DNA of 64,000 bases from Kudoa neothunni (GCA_964304625.1 OZ199838.1:12006524-12070523), one strand, 5' to 3'. Counted from the first letter of the stretch, positions 27,259-39,400 are shown. Notes: generated from the sequence alone by a model not told the origin. Numbers and translations are program-made.

Positions 27259-29784
27259 GGCTATTGTGGAGCGTATGGCTCTCCTATTTTTAGCGTTTAT
27301 TGCGATTTTTTCCGTTTAAAATGGCTCGAAAAAATCTTATATGCTCTTCTCATCTGACCCGTATCAAAAATTTTAACAAAATTATAAAAAGAAATTTTTT
27401 CTAATCGCATATATGATGGCGAAATCAACAACATAAACTTCATGTTAAACACTGGTTTATATATTTCACTATGAAGGAATATGAATGTGATTACAATTTA
27501 TGCATTTAAATGTTTGTTATAAAGAATAAAAAGTTATAATAAATCATTATAAACGGTTGTTGTTCAGGCATATAGAATATTGAAACTTTCTCCATCCTCA
27601 TGGCATTTTTTCACTTTTATTTTCTCCGAATTAAAGATATATGAGTATTGTTAGAATTATAAATTTTTATGGTCAAATCGCTACACTATTAGAGGCAATT
27701 ATTGAGCGTTATTTGATAAATTGTTTCTAAAAGGGTGCTTAAAGTGTGATTAGTAACTGGGAAAATTATAATTAAGTAAAATAACATTGATTTCAAAGGT
27801 TAATAATTGAGAATAATCTTTAGAAACGAAATTTATTTTGACAGATTATTATTAATGGAAACTTTACCATGTTATATATATAAATTTATATTAATTTCTA
27901 TTATTCGATCAATTTTCAACATCAATTTTATCCGTTTAATGTAATATATTTTGTTGGTTTTATTATTAAATTTCTTTTTTCTTCGTATTCTTGATTTTTA
28001 ATGGAACAAAGAATGATAAATATTGAGTTAAGGGTTTAATTAAATTAGCTCAAACCTACAATAATATTCTAACGTTTCTTTGACTCAAATTTATGTTAAA
28101 CTTCGAAATTAAATACATATTTAAGTTTTTTAAGGTTTAAAACAAATATTTTGATGAATATAATATTATGTTAATCTAATTTAATTATTATATTCTAATG
28201 ATGTCGAATATTAATATTTTGCTTATAACAAACAAAAATAAATCTAAATGCTTCCAATTTATTGTTATTTGAAGGTTTTTTATAAAATAAAATTTTAAAA
28301 TTCATTCGTAAAATAGATAACAACGTATTTTCTATATGAATACAAAGTATGATTAATTTATCCACCAAGTCACGTTGGTCGTTTCTCTCCTCTTTATTTG
28401 CGGTGACGCAATGGCAACAACTTATTTTTATTGAAAAATTTATATTGAGTAGGTGATAGAAAACATGGAATCGGGATGTTTTATAACAAGTGATCTTTGA
28501 GAGTTGAGTTGTATCACAAATATTTATTCTACCCTTTTTTTGTTTTATATAATTTCAATGAATTATATTAACGTTGAAATCGTTTTAAAAATTATACTTT
28601 TATATGATAAATGATATAAGGTGCTAAATGTTTCCTGAATTAGGAATAATTGTGAAGTTATTCATAACCATTCTTGAGGGCATAAATCCATCCGTGCGCT
28701 GCGATTTTCAGCCATTCGAACGATAAAAATATTTCCTAAGAAAAGAAAACCAACTGCTTGTTTTATAGCTGTCGCAAAAACCTTTATCTGATAAGTGTAT
28801 CGTGTGCATTCGCAGTCAGAATAATGAATATGACAATCTTAAGAAAAAATGAATATTATGTTCTTGTGATCATTCATGGGAAATTTTTTATAAGTTATCA
28901 AAATTATTTTTCAGCTTTAATGATTGAAAAATTTTGTTCCGAATAATAAATATCAAGAAATAGAGCCTGCCCTGAATTATTATACTTTAATAATCAAAAT
29001 ATGAAATTTGATAATCAAAATATTAATTATAAGATGATTTATAAATAAAATATTAATCTAAATTTAAATATACTATATTTCGATAATGAAAAATAATTCA
29101 ATGTTAACAACTGATTAAGCAATAAAAGAATTACGCAAACATACTGCGTAATTATGTTTATTTTTCATGAATTATTATCCATCAAAGAAAATTAATCTCT
29201 GAAGATTGTTTTCATTTTTAAACATTCTTATGAACCATTGAATTAGTTGTTTATATATTTTTCAGTTAATAATTACTTCTTAGAGTCAAGGTTAGGAGAC
29301 AATTTACCAAATAACACTCAATATTGCCTTAAACAATAGAGCATTTCGAATGAAAAGATTTACAATGCCGAAAATAGTCATCCTCTTTAATTAAGCGAAA
29401 GTTTAAATGAGAAATTGTTGTGAGTGTGAAGAAAATTTCAATATTCTACATACCTGAACGACAACCGTTTATAGTGATTTATTGTAAATTTTTATTCTTT
29501 ATAATAAAATGCAAAAATAAAATAAACATTTAAATGCCTAAATTGTAATCACATTCATATTCTTTATTAGTGAAATATAGAAACCAGTGTTTAACATGAG
29601 GATTAATGTGTTGACTTCGCCGTCATATATGAGATTAGAAGAAAAATTTATTTTTAAAAATTTGGAAAAACTTTTGATACGCTTCAGATGAGAAGACCAT
29701 ATAAGATTTTTTTAGAACCATTTTCGGAGTAAAAAGTCTTGAAAAAATGCTAAAAATGGGGGAGCCACAAGCTCCACAATTACC
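27259..29784. mobile_element. Non-autonomous DNA transposon with long (about 260 bp) terminal inverted repeats
   Basis: About 27259-27520 is an imperfect reverse complement of about 29520-29784 (e.g. CATGTTAAACACTGGTTT / AAACCAGTGTTTAACATG). Ends begin GG(C/T)(T/A)ATTGTGGAGC. No coding capacity. TSD not recognisable. Confidence 0.85.
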
Positions 29785-31599
29785 GAAATCTCTTAAATGA
29801 ATTTTCTTTAAAGGATGTAATCTGAACCTATAATTTAGTTTACAGGTTTTATATATTTATAAAAATCTTGAACTAAGGGAAAAATCCTATTTGTTCACAC
29901 GCGTTTATGAAAACTTATCAAATACAATCATCAAACCTAATATTTTAACATGTTTGAATCGTTAAATAATATATACAGTGAATTGAAATATTTTTTTTAT
30001 ATTCTATTTCAATCTTTTTCTATTCTTGTGTCTATAATTTAATTTGTTCGGTAACAATGTCGGATTCTTAGTAACTTTTCGACAAGAATGTGAATGCTGA
30101 GCTTTTTGTAAATCAGCCAAATTCCAAATTATAAATATTGTTAATAATAAAAAAGTTGTAAAATAATTTCATTGTTATTTTACTGTTTTCGTGGTTTTCA
30201 TCATAATCAGTGTATTATATTGTCAATATTTGGAATAGATTAAATAATTATATTTTTCGTATTTTAGAAAATACAACATTTTCATAAACAATGTTTTATG
30301 TGAATGTGTAATTAGCGTTTGCATTAAATAAAACACAGCAATTTCTATAATGACTCCTCTTGCATCAAACAAACTTCACAAGATTTGTTTTAATAAGACA
30401 AAATTGTCAATTTTTTGTTTGATGTTAGAAGGAAATAATGTGAGACTTCAATGTTACATTAGTGAAAATTTCAAAAGATGTTTCTTTAAAAAAGGACGAA
30501 TATCGATGAAGATATTTTAACAGGAACTGCAGTGAAATATTTCTAATTTGATTAGGCTCAATATTTAAAAACTTAATGCTTTCGATAGGAGAGATTTTGT
30601 TAAATTATTAATAATTTTAACCTACCATAGATTATTCCGGTCCTTATTTATGAATGAATCTATAAGAATTCGCATAATAGAATGTTCGTCGCTACTAATA
30701 TACGTTGTAGTAACACAATTTTAAATTGTTTAAAAGAATTCAGACATGCCTTAAAATTCTCATGCCAGATAATTAAAAATTTGCGATAGGTTTATTTATT
30801 TTTTTATTGATTTACCGTAAACTGGAAGTCGTGAAAGATGTCGAAATTGACGAAATAAAGATAAGTATGAAGAAAAAATAGAGAATGGTTTATTTACGTG
30901 ATGTAATATCCTTGGTGGAGAGAAAAGAACGACCGAAACTTTCCTCTATATAGTTAAGCATAAAATAGAAAAAAATTTACTTCGATTTAACTTTCAGCAT
31001 ATTGAACTGAATGAACATTGTAGATAAAAATTCAAATAACTCATTATAATGTATTAACACCATCTGATTCGTTGGGGTGTATCCCAAACTAAGTAAGCAT
31101 GGATATTTCTATCAGAAGATAGACCGCCCAAATGAGCTTCCTGACTCAAACGCGGAACATATAAACACGATCGAATAAAAATGACATTAACAACAAATAA
31201 TTTTACCCAACATGGAACAAGGAAAAACGTGTTAGATACGTTATAATTTACAATAATTTGTAAATTTTACCATGATTGTTATTTTTACGTTTGAAATTTT
31301 ACTGAGTCTTTATTTCGAAGGAATTATCTTGATGAAACATAAGATGAATTTATGAGAGTCATTTAACACATGTCACGGTATATAATGTAGATTGAATTAG
31401 CGAAATTTTATAAGCTTAATTTATTTGGGTTAAAGCCTAAATATCAATTTTTGGTATTATAAATTGTTTGTTATATTTCTTGATGGATTATATCGATTCA
31501 CAGACAGTGTTTTGCGTATGACATTTCTTTAAATAATAAATTAATGTTTTCAGTATCTTTATCCTGCGAAAAATAAGAATCCTACGTCGATTACGCCAT

Positions 31600-31900
31600 A
31601 AATTTCGGGATATTGGGCATAAATTAATTATTGGTTTTTATTATAACACTAATAGGATGAATAAATACCATTTCCATCCAAGTGTCAATATAAGCTATGG
31701 GCTTTCCGGTTTTAAGGATAGATAATGTTTTACTGTCCTAATATACCATTCATTATTGGCTAAAAACCTACCTCCAAGATAAGATCTATTGATAGTTTGG
31801 GTTAGTTTTAATGTAAAGCCTACATCCAAAATAGAAGGTAACGTCCTTATTTAAAGAAATAAATAACGCAGGCCTCATATTCGGAGAAAGGAGGAAGCAC
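31600..31900 (-). mobile_element. Possible IS630/Tc1-superfamily transposase remnant
   Basis: Minus strand reads ILSWR...KTGKPIAYIDTW, similar to the I..WR...GRPIIYLDETW first catalytic Asp motif. Many stops. Confidence 0.35.
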
Positions 31901-32639
31901 GCAATCCAAATTTAACAATGATATGATAAACGAAAATTATTGTAAAGAAATTAGATTCCGTTAGTTCACATAAATAATATGCCCATAAAATATAATTTGC
32001 TTTAAATATAACAAAAACTATACACATTAATAGACCCTATCCTATATAAAAACATATTTGTAAGGAAAAACTTTATGTATGATAGGGGTTAAGCAAGCCA
32101 TATAACAATGAAACTTACAAATAATTTTCTAACAAAAAATTATTAATCCTTCTCAAGTTGAACGGAAATCATAGTAGATTTATTGTTGTTGATAATGTAA
32201 CGGTTGAGCTAATCAAGTGGCATCATTCTTAAAGTTAAAACTTTTATAATTCTCATTTGACAATACCTTAAAAATAATGCATTGACAAATGAAAACCCGT
32301 AGCATTAAATATTGATTGTATAATAATAAATTTTGAAATATCTAAAGAGTGAATAACTCGAAAATCTCCGAAGGTATGTTCGGCTCATTTGTTGGTTCGT
32401 CGGTGCGCTAATCATTAATCACTAATCGCGAGGTTATAGGTCCGAGACAGATGGCGGGCAAAACACGTACACGTGTGAGGTTACTATATTTGCGCAAAGC
32501 GATGCGATGATGTTCAAGATGTGGTACGGAACAAGAGATTCAAATTAGAGGCTATATGTGATGCAAACGTCGGGTTAATGTATAATCTTTTACCGCTGTC
32601 CGCATAAAGGGGATTATTCAGATTAGAATGTTATTCCTG

Positions 32640-33050
32640 GATTGTATACACGCTCCGATTTTGCAAACTCAGAATGTATGGATTGTCGGAGGTGTCAATG
32701 AAAATGGGGGCGTTCTCATGGTTCAAACTGAAATTAGAGATCAGCCGACACTAGAAGGGATTATTCTCCAATATTTTAATCAGGGTTCAATAATACACAC
32801 TAATGTATGGTCAAGCTTCGAAAACTTAGAAAATATTGGATACCAGCATCATGTATTGATTCATAAGTATAAATTGGCGAGTGTCAATGATGTTCATAAT
32901 AACAAAACTGAAAGTTTGTGGGAACTTATAAACGTAAGTACAGGAGTATAATAAACAAGAAAAAAGAGATGATTTCATCCTATAATTCTGAGTGGTGTTT
33001 TAAGAGAAGGCAACAAAATAAAATATTTTCTGATTAATAAATGTAAAGTT
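32640..33050 (+). mobile_element. Merlin transposase C-terminal fragment
   Basis: VWIVGGV...RDQPTLEGIILQYFNQGSIIHTNVWSSFENL...GYQHH...VHNNKTESLW matches the ISXO2/Merlin DDE core; the second Asp is mutated. Confidence 0.85.
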
Positions 33051-34183
33051 TTCAGTCTTTATGTTTTGCGCAGCGCTTCGTTAATACTCGGAAACTAAAA
33101 CCCCCCCGATTTTTTTGGGATGTGGTTAACTTTAGCCGAAGTTTTTAGACAGACTACTAACCAAATATAACGTATTTACATCTTCGATAACTAAATATGT
33201 GTTTTTATGAGGGATAGATTTTGTTCGTTTGAATCATATCGCACCCTAGTGCCAAACTACACTTCAGTCTATCGATCCACTTTGTCCTACAATTACATAA
33301 ATCCCGTCTCCAGAGACATTGGCTTAACGTCTTCCTCTGGTGTAATCGATCCACCGTTAAAAAATATTAAGCGATGTCAAAATAATACTATAATTAATAC
33401 GCGAAATACGATTTATTCGGAAATATTACCGCAAATAACATTAAACTAATCCCGCACTTGCGAAATAAGTCGAGATGTACTATGTTCGTGTTTTACAGGT
33501 AAACGGCGGGTAGATCGGCGGTAATATGCTTCTCACACATATGTCGCATAATAATTGAATTGTACTCTTTATATTTCTAGAGAAACCAGTTATCACTTTC
33601 ATTAAAATTGTTTTTGTCCCTGTGTACTCACAATTAATGTTGATATTGTTTGTGGCTGTTGCCGTGCTGACACCACGTAAAACTCATCATTAATTAAGAT
33701 TAACTAAAGTTGGTAATTTCATAAACCTATTAAGTTGCTATAAATATACCAAATATTTAAACAAACAAATTTTTCCGAAAAAATTTTGTTCATTAATATG
33801 CGACAATTTGAAATTCGGTAGTTGAGTAATGCTAAGTTAAGCTTTAACGCATTCAAGCGATTACTTGGACTAGCATGAGCAGTTCACTCTTTATCTCTTG
33901 ACATTAGAAACCGAACAGGTGTTTGAGTGAATTGATAGAGGGGGCCGATATAGATTTTTTAATACTAACTAATACACCATAAAAACCCGTGTAATATTTT
34001 GCCTTTAGAAGCGAGAACCTTGAACGAGGCAACGCAATCGGTTAAATGACTTGACGACTAGTTGTGAGAAATAACAGATAAACATTGTCACAAGACGTAA
34101 CATGTTTAAAAGATTACGTCAAATAAGAATAGTGTTTTTTATTGAGAAATAAAGAGATTTAATTCCATTAAAACTATAAAACT

Positions 34184-34216
34184 ATGAATGTGAGTGACAC
34201 TATAGATACCTCGTGA
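34184..34216 (+). promoter_or_regulatory. Candidate uORF MNVSDTIDTS* upstream of AdoMetDC; contains an overlapping ATG-TGA and a GTGAGT donor
   Basis: ATG 34184 (A at -3), stop TGA 34214-34216 followed by TAA. Whether it lies in the transcript is unknown. Confidence 0.4.
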
Positions 34217-34325
34217 TAACCAGGCCATAATAAGGAATCTACTGAGCATTACTAAAGTCTTTCGTGGATTATCGCTGGTGAACGACTTCTGAGCTATTTG
34301 CCGTCTGGAGCTCAACAAAATTTTT

Positions 34326-34361
34326 ATGCAAATATTAATATACGTTAAGAAACCACCCTAA
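34326..34361 (+). promoter_or_regulatory. Candidate regulatory uORF MQILIYVKKPP* in the AdoMetDC leader
   Basis: ATG CAA ATA TTA ATA TAC GTT AAG AAA CCA CCC TAA. Weak start context (tttATGc). Ends 23 nt before the main ATG. Frame is open upstream to 34293, including a CTG at 34305. Confidence 0.55.
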
Positions 34362-34384
34362 TATTTGAAGGTAGTAGTATAGAA

Positions 34385-35732
34385 ATGTATTCGATTTTGG
34401 AGAGTGATAGCGGTGCCGAGTTTGATGTCTTTTTCGAGGGGACTGAAAAGTTACTAGAGGTGTGGTTTACCTTCGATACTAACAGGGAGCCCTGCAAAAG
34501 TGATCTTCGTCTGATACCTCGGTAGGTTTTGATTGGTGCCAATATTTAATGTTATATGGTTTTGGTTATAGAGCCGCAATTGATTCTATTCTCGACCATA
34601 TCGGAGCTAAAATAATCAGTCACTCCAAGTCACAATGTTGGGATGGTTACGTCCTATCGGAGAGTAGCCTGTTTATTTCTAAAAACAGAATCATCCTAAA
34701 AACATGCGGTTCAACCACACTACTGCTTGGTCTTCAGCCATTTATTGTTGCGGCCTTCAAGCACACATCTGCTAATGCAATATCGAATTTATTCTATTCC
34801 AGAAAATCAATGCTTAAACCAGATCAACAATTTTATCCTCATCTCGACTTTGATTCGGAAACCGAATTTCTAAAGAAGCATTTTCCAGATGGCGTATCTC
34901 ATAATTTCGGTGAGAATTCGGTTGATAAGAATAACGAATGGGTTGTGTTTGTGTACGAAAACCCATCAATGTAATAGGTCATATTGTGGCCGAGTTTAAT
35001 CTATAAGATTGTTACGTTTAGTGATGTTGCTGACCATTGCAACAAATGTGATTCAAGCTGTTCTGTTGAGCTATTGATGAGTGACTTGGATGTTATGTTG
35101 GCTGCAAATTTCCACAAATATCCAAATTATAACAACTCTCCTTCGATGTCTAGAGCCAATACTACTACTGATAGTATGGACGACAGTGGATACTACCATA
35201 ATGAATCTGATATCGGTAATTCACTGCTTCGCCCTTTCTCACCAACAAAAAAAGCCCGCTCTATGTTTTATGTAGGTTGCCAATAAAGTTTTGTTATCTT
35301 ATTAATGTGATTGATTGAATAGAGATCGGGTTTGGTGAATGTTTTCAACAAATGTGATATTGTTGATTTTGCCGAGTTCGACCCACTCGGTTTGTCTGTA
35401 AATGTGGTCAATGATCAAATTTACCATACTATCCACGTCACACCACAACAACTGTGCTCATACGCTAGTTATGAAACCAATCTGTGCAGTGAAGGATGGA
35501 TGTGCAATTTACGTCACGTCGTCAATGTCTTTATGCCTAAATCATTTGTTATGAATGCGTTTGTTTTGAATGTATGTTGTGTTGGGTGATTGCTGAACGC
35601 ATTTTATACGTCACTTTTTAGCCACTTGAGTCACCCGAATCGTTCCATCCAAACTATAGATTGCAACATTGTGATTACTTGAAAAGCGCAGGCTATCAAA
35701 TATTCTATGGGTTTTATGTGAAATGTGATTGA
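34385..35732 (+). CDS. AMD1: S-adenosylmethionine decarboxylase proenzyme (eukaryotic type), 5 exons
   Basis: FFEGTEKLLEVWF, DLRLIPR, self-cleavage site YVLSE/SSLF, ILKTCG, FYSRK, Q.YPH, TIHVTP, SYASYETN. GT-AG introns near 34522-34571, 34971-35021, 35272-35322 and 35572-35621. Stop TGA at 35730-35732. Confidence 0.96.
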
Positions 35733-36411
35733 ATATATAAACACAACTATTTTTGTTGTGGTTGATTGAAAAATCAGCCACAATACGTTTTTCGATTTCC
35801 TCTAACGTATTCCATATTTTTAATCCTTTCGATTATATTAGTTTTCATTTATTTGGCGCGCTTTGTGTGTTGTATTTTGTTCGTTTTCAAATCATAGACA
35901 CCGAACAGAGTATGTATTCATGAAATCACTAATAGATTTGGAGTGACGTTCAGAAATCTATATTTTCTTTTGTTCCGCCTGTAGTTTCAAGATAATTGGT
36001 AGGTATCATTTTTCTCTTGTTTGAAGATATTCTCCGGCGCGTATTAATTTGGAGATTTAAATTTTTAATCATTTTATAGCATGGATGATTGCGCACCCAA
36101 CCTAAGTTATGAACGACCAATTAATTAAAGAATTTATTCTCTCAAAATCGAAGCAAAATTTTTTTTATTAGGATGAATATTTCGATTTTGAAAACTGTGC
36201 CACAAACAAGTCCCAGCATTGGAGATATCAAACTTGGGGGCGATAAGGAAAATCATGGACATCCTCCACAAATAAAACAACAAATCTTGGTGAACTAGGC
36301 TTCTCAAATCATAAATTGTTGGAAGATGCAAAACATAAGCGGCTTTTTAACATAGAAATCAAGTGTTTCGCCGAAATAACTAAATACTAAACAAATAAAG
36401 CCCAGCATATT

Positions 36412-39400
36412 CAGTGGCGGCTTGTAGTCTAAATTAATGGGGGATGCTGCAATGCAATAAAATTGTTTTGTAATCGTTGTTCAAAACTGAATATATTTTT
36501 GGTGAGGGAACAATCGTTTACGTTAAAACCAATTGTAATCTTAATAATAACACGAAAACGGGAATATATACCTACGTAATATAGATTAAAACCCAACTTA
36601 AGTCAGCCGGAATTGTGAATCGCACAATGCCTCCGTGTCACCACCCCGTAGATTATGTCTATCTGGCTCTATGGCACACGAATGTGCAGTTTGGTAAAAT
36701 GCCAGACACATGCGAGGCTAATTGCTCTGGGTATTCAGCGAAGGGATTATAATATAGAAGAAAGCGTTGCTGAAAATTCAACTATTTTTTCAACATACAA
36801 CGACCACAAAATAATTTTATCATTACATACTTGAATAGGGGTGAATATTTTAGATTAATATAAGTATCGAGAGAATTAATTATTTTATAAACAATAAAAA
36901 TGTTTTTTTTAAACAAAGCATGAATTAATGAAAAAAATTTCGATATGTTATATAAACAACCTATATTCAAAAGTTCAAAATTATTTTCGAGAAATTTTCA
37001 GCATAGATCTAATCATTTATAGCCATCATTTGTATGTTAATTAAGATGTTTATTTTTATTTCATCAATTAATTAATTTGAACGATGTGACCGCGTTTAAT
37101 AAAATTTAAAAAACTACGACTATATGGGAAAAAATTTTTTAATAATTAAGGAAGCAAAAAATGGCAAACAATAACTTTAATAGTTTAATAGAGATCCATA
37201 AAAACACGAAAGAATTGTATTGCAAGTATGAATGGTTAATAACTAATTATACAGTGTCAATATATGATCGTCTATTTATAAATCAAATGTTTTCTCCAGT
37301 CTTTCATCGAAGCAAAATTATCAATAACTTTTTCATAAAAGTTGGAGGTAAGGCTTTGCTCAATTTTAAGGAGTCTTTCTTTCTCAGTTGATATTAACGC
37401 AAGGGATGTTAATCTTTCATTATTCGTTCGATTTCTTTTACAACATTTTATTCTTTTCATCTCAGAAAGTGATCTCTCCGTGGAAACAGTTGTGGCTGGA
37501 ATTGCCAAAATTATATGCAGCAGTTTACAACTTCCGGAAATGTTTGAGTAAGGTTATTTTCAAATATAAAATCAAGCAGTTTTTTAGGAGACATCTTGAA
37601 ATAGTTGAGCATTGTAAATTCCAGGCAAATCTGCTTCCAGGCGCACAATATCAAAAAAATCCATAATTATTTTCTAAACTCTCAAATGCATTATTATCAA
37701 TTTCACATGATAGCTTGCTACATTTATTCCCGCCAATCAATGAAATGAAATACAGATTTTCAAAATCATTGAATTTTGTTTTCATATTATTTGTTATATC
37801 GTTCAAAATGATGTGATATAATTTGATTCTTTCATTTTTCTTCGCAAATATAATTCGAAAATTCTACCTATAGAAGATATTTTCTCTACAGTATTCCTCG
37901 AACTTCACATATAACGGGTCAAATTTGTTGTGCATATCATCAAGTGTGTTTATTGTATTATTGATTGTTTCAACGCAATATGGAATATCTGATTTTTGTT
38001 AGCACTTTGAACAGAATGTCAGTCAATACGAAAGTTTCGTTATAAACTATAATAAGAAAGTATGTTGAATTTTGTGTTATCCAAATATATAATTCATTAC
38101 TTTTAAGTAAGGTGTCCGGGTCCCAGAGTGTAGGGTTACTGTTCATGTTGTTGAAAAGATTACAGAGATCTCCATAATATTCCAATATCGTTTGAATTAA
38201 TTTTGAATTAGAGCTCCACTTAGTTGGAGCTGTTTTTGGGATGCGCTTTTAATAGTTTTATCGAGGAATTGAGTTCATTTGGTTGAATTTCGGAAAAAAA
38301 CAGCAAGCGCTTCACATGTCTTGAAAACTTGTATATGTGGGGATGAATTATGCGGACTGAGAAAACACAAGATTTAGTTTATGTGCGTAGCAGTGAGTAA
38401 ATAATGCTGTTTGTATTTTTCGTTTAATTTTAGCCTGTACGCCATTAAGATAGAAAACCATTACTATGGCTCCATCGTATGTTTATGCCATTAATTCTTC
38501 ACTGCAGTTGTATTTATTTGTACTTTTCAAGACAAATTCTGCTACTCTTCAGCTACTCTATTATTTAGGACGTCCAATCCAATAAAAGATTCCATAATAT
38601 TTGAGTCTATTATATATCTTAGTATCGTCGAATGCTGAGAAGTGTTTGAAATATCTGTTGTTTCATCCAATTCAATGACTACAAACAGGACTCTTGCTAC
38701 TCCTTCTTTGATACTATCTTCTAAAACCGTACTTGTAGCTTCGATCAAATCAGTTGGAACCTTGTTTGATAATCCAGAAAATATTGGTGAGTTTTCCAAA
38801 TTATTTGCCAATTTTTCATAAAACTTGGCGGTATGATGATGATTTCAGCTCATTATCATCTCTAAAACCAAGTTTTTGTTTAACAAAAAAGCACGTAGAA
38901 TAAATCAATTTGTTCAATATTTCCCGGTTGTCTATGACATTTTTAAAATGAATTTCAATGCCTAAATTCTTCTGTGTGTCTAATGGCAAATCAATTCTGA
39001 TAGATCCAAACGTTTTCAATATTATTTGGTTATGATAATGTTTTCAGATCACTCATGTTTATTCAAAGCGTTAGGCAAGTTATTCAGATTAGAATATCCT
39101 TCTTTCACTCAGATATTTTCATTAGGCGCCAAAATAACAGGCAAGGGAAAAAAAAGTTTTTGTGTCGTAGTACTCCCACACAACCATTCTTTCCTCTCGT
39201 ACCGTACACTATGAAAGGTACGAATAATATCCTCTCCTTTCTGTTGTTTAAATTCATAAAGTTTTGGTGTTGGTCTACCGTTTGTTATGATTCTCATCTT
39301 TTCTTCATAGGGAAGTTTTGAAGACTGTCTGAGATAATGACTATTCATGTTTGAAAGTAACGTGATAAAACCAAAAAACACCTCAACAGATAATCAAAAT
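36412..39400 (-). mobile_element. Decayed hAT transposon, ZMYM1-like (TTF-type Zn finger, DUF4371, hAT dimerisation domain)
   Basis: Fragments YERKEWLCGS, KQKLGFR, IELDETTDISNTSQHSTILRY, YDGA, HCYAHKL, PTKWSS, IPATTVSTERSLSEMKRIK...ERLTSLA. CAGTGGCGG terminus at 36412. Many frameshifts; the other end was not found. Confidence 0.88.

Noticed and set aside
31060-31170. Mariner-like SQEAHLGG motif on the minus strand
   Set aside because: Too short and degenerate to call.
32380-32470. tRNA-like or SINE-like stretch
   Set aside because: No cloverleaf and no intact TTCGA B-box; more likely a repeat end.
33320-33350. U3 snoRNA-like GAGGAAGA box on the minus strand
   Set aside because: The other U3 boxes (A, A', C, D) could not be found.
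35730-35765. Vertebrate-style stop-codon readthrough tail after the AdoMetDC TGA
   Set aside because: The context is TGA-ATA, not TGA-CTAG, and the next in-frame stop comes after only 10 codons.
36080-36410. Short ORFs on both strands downstream of AdoMetDC
   Set aside because: No recognisable motifs and no consistent exon chain.
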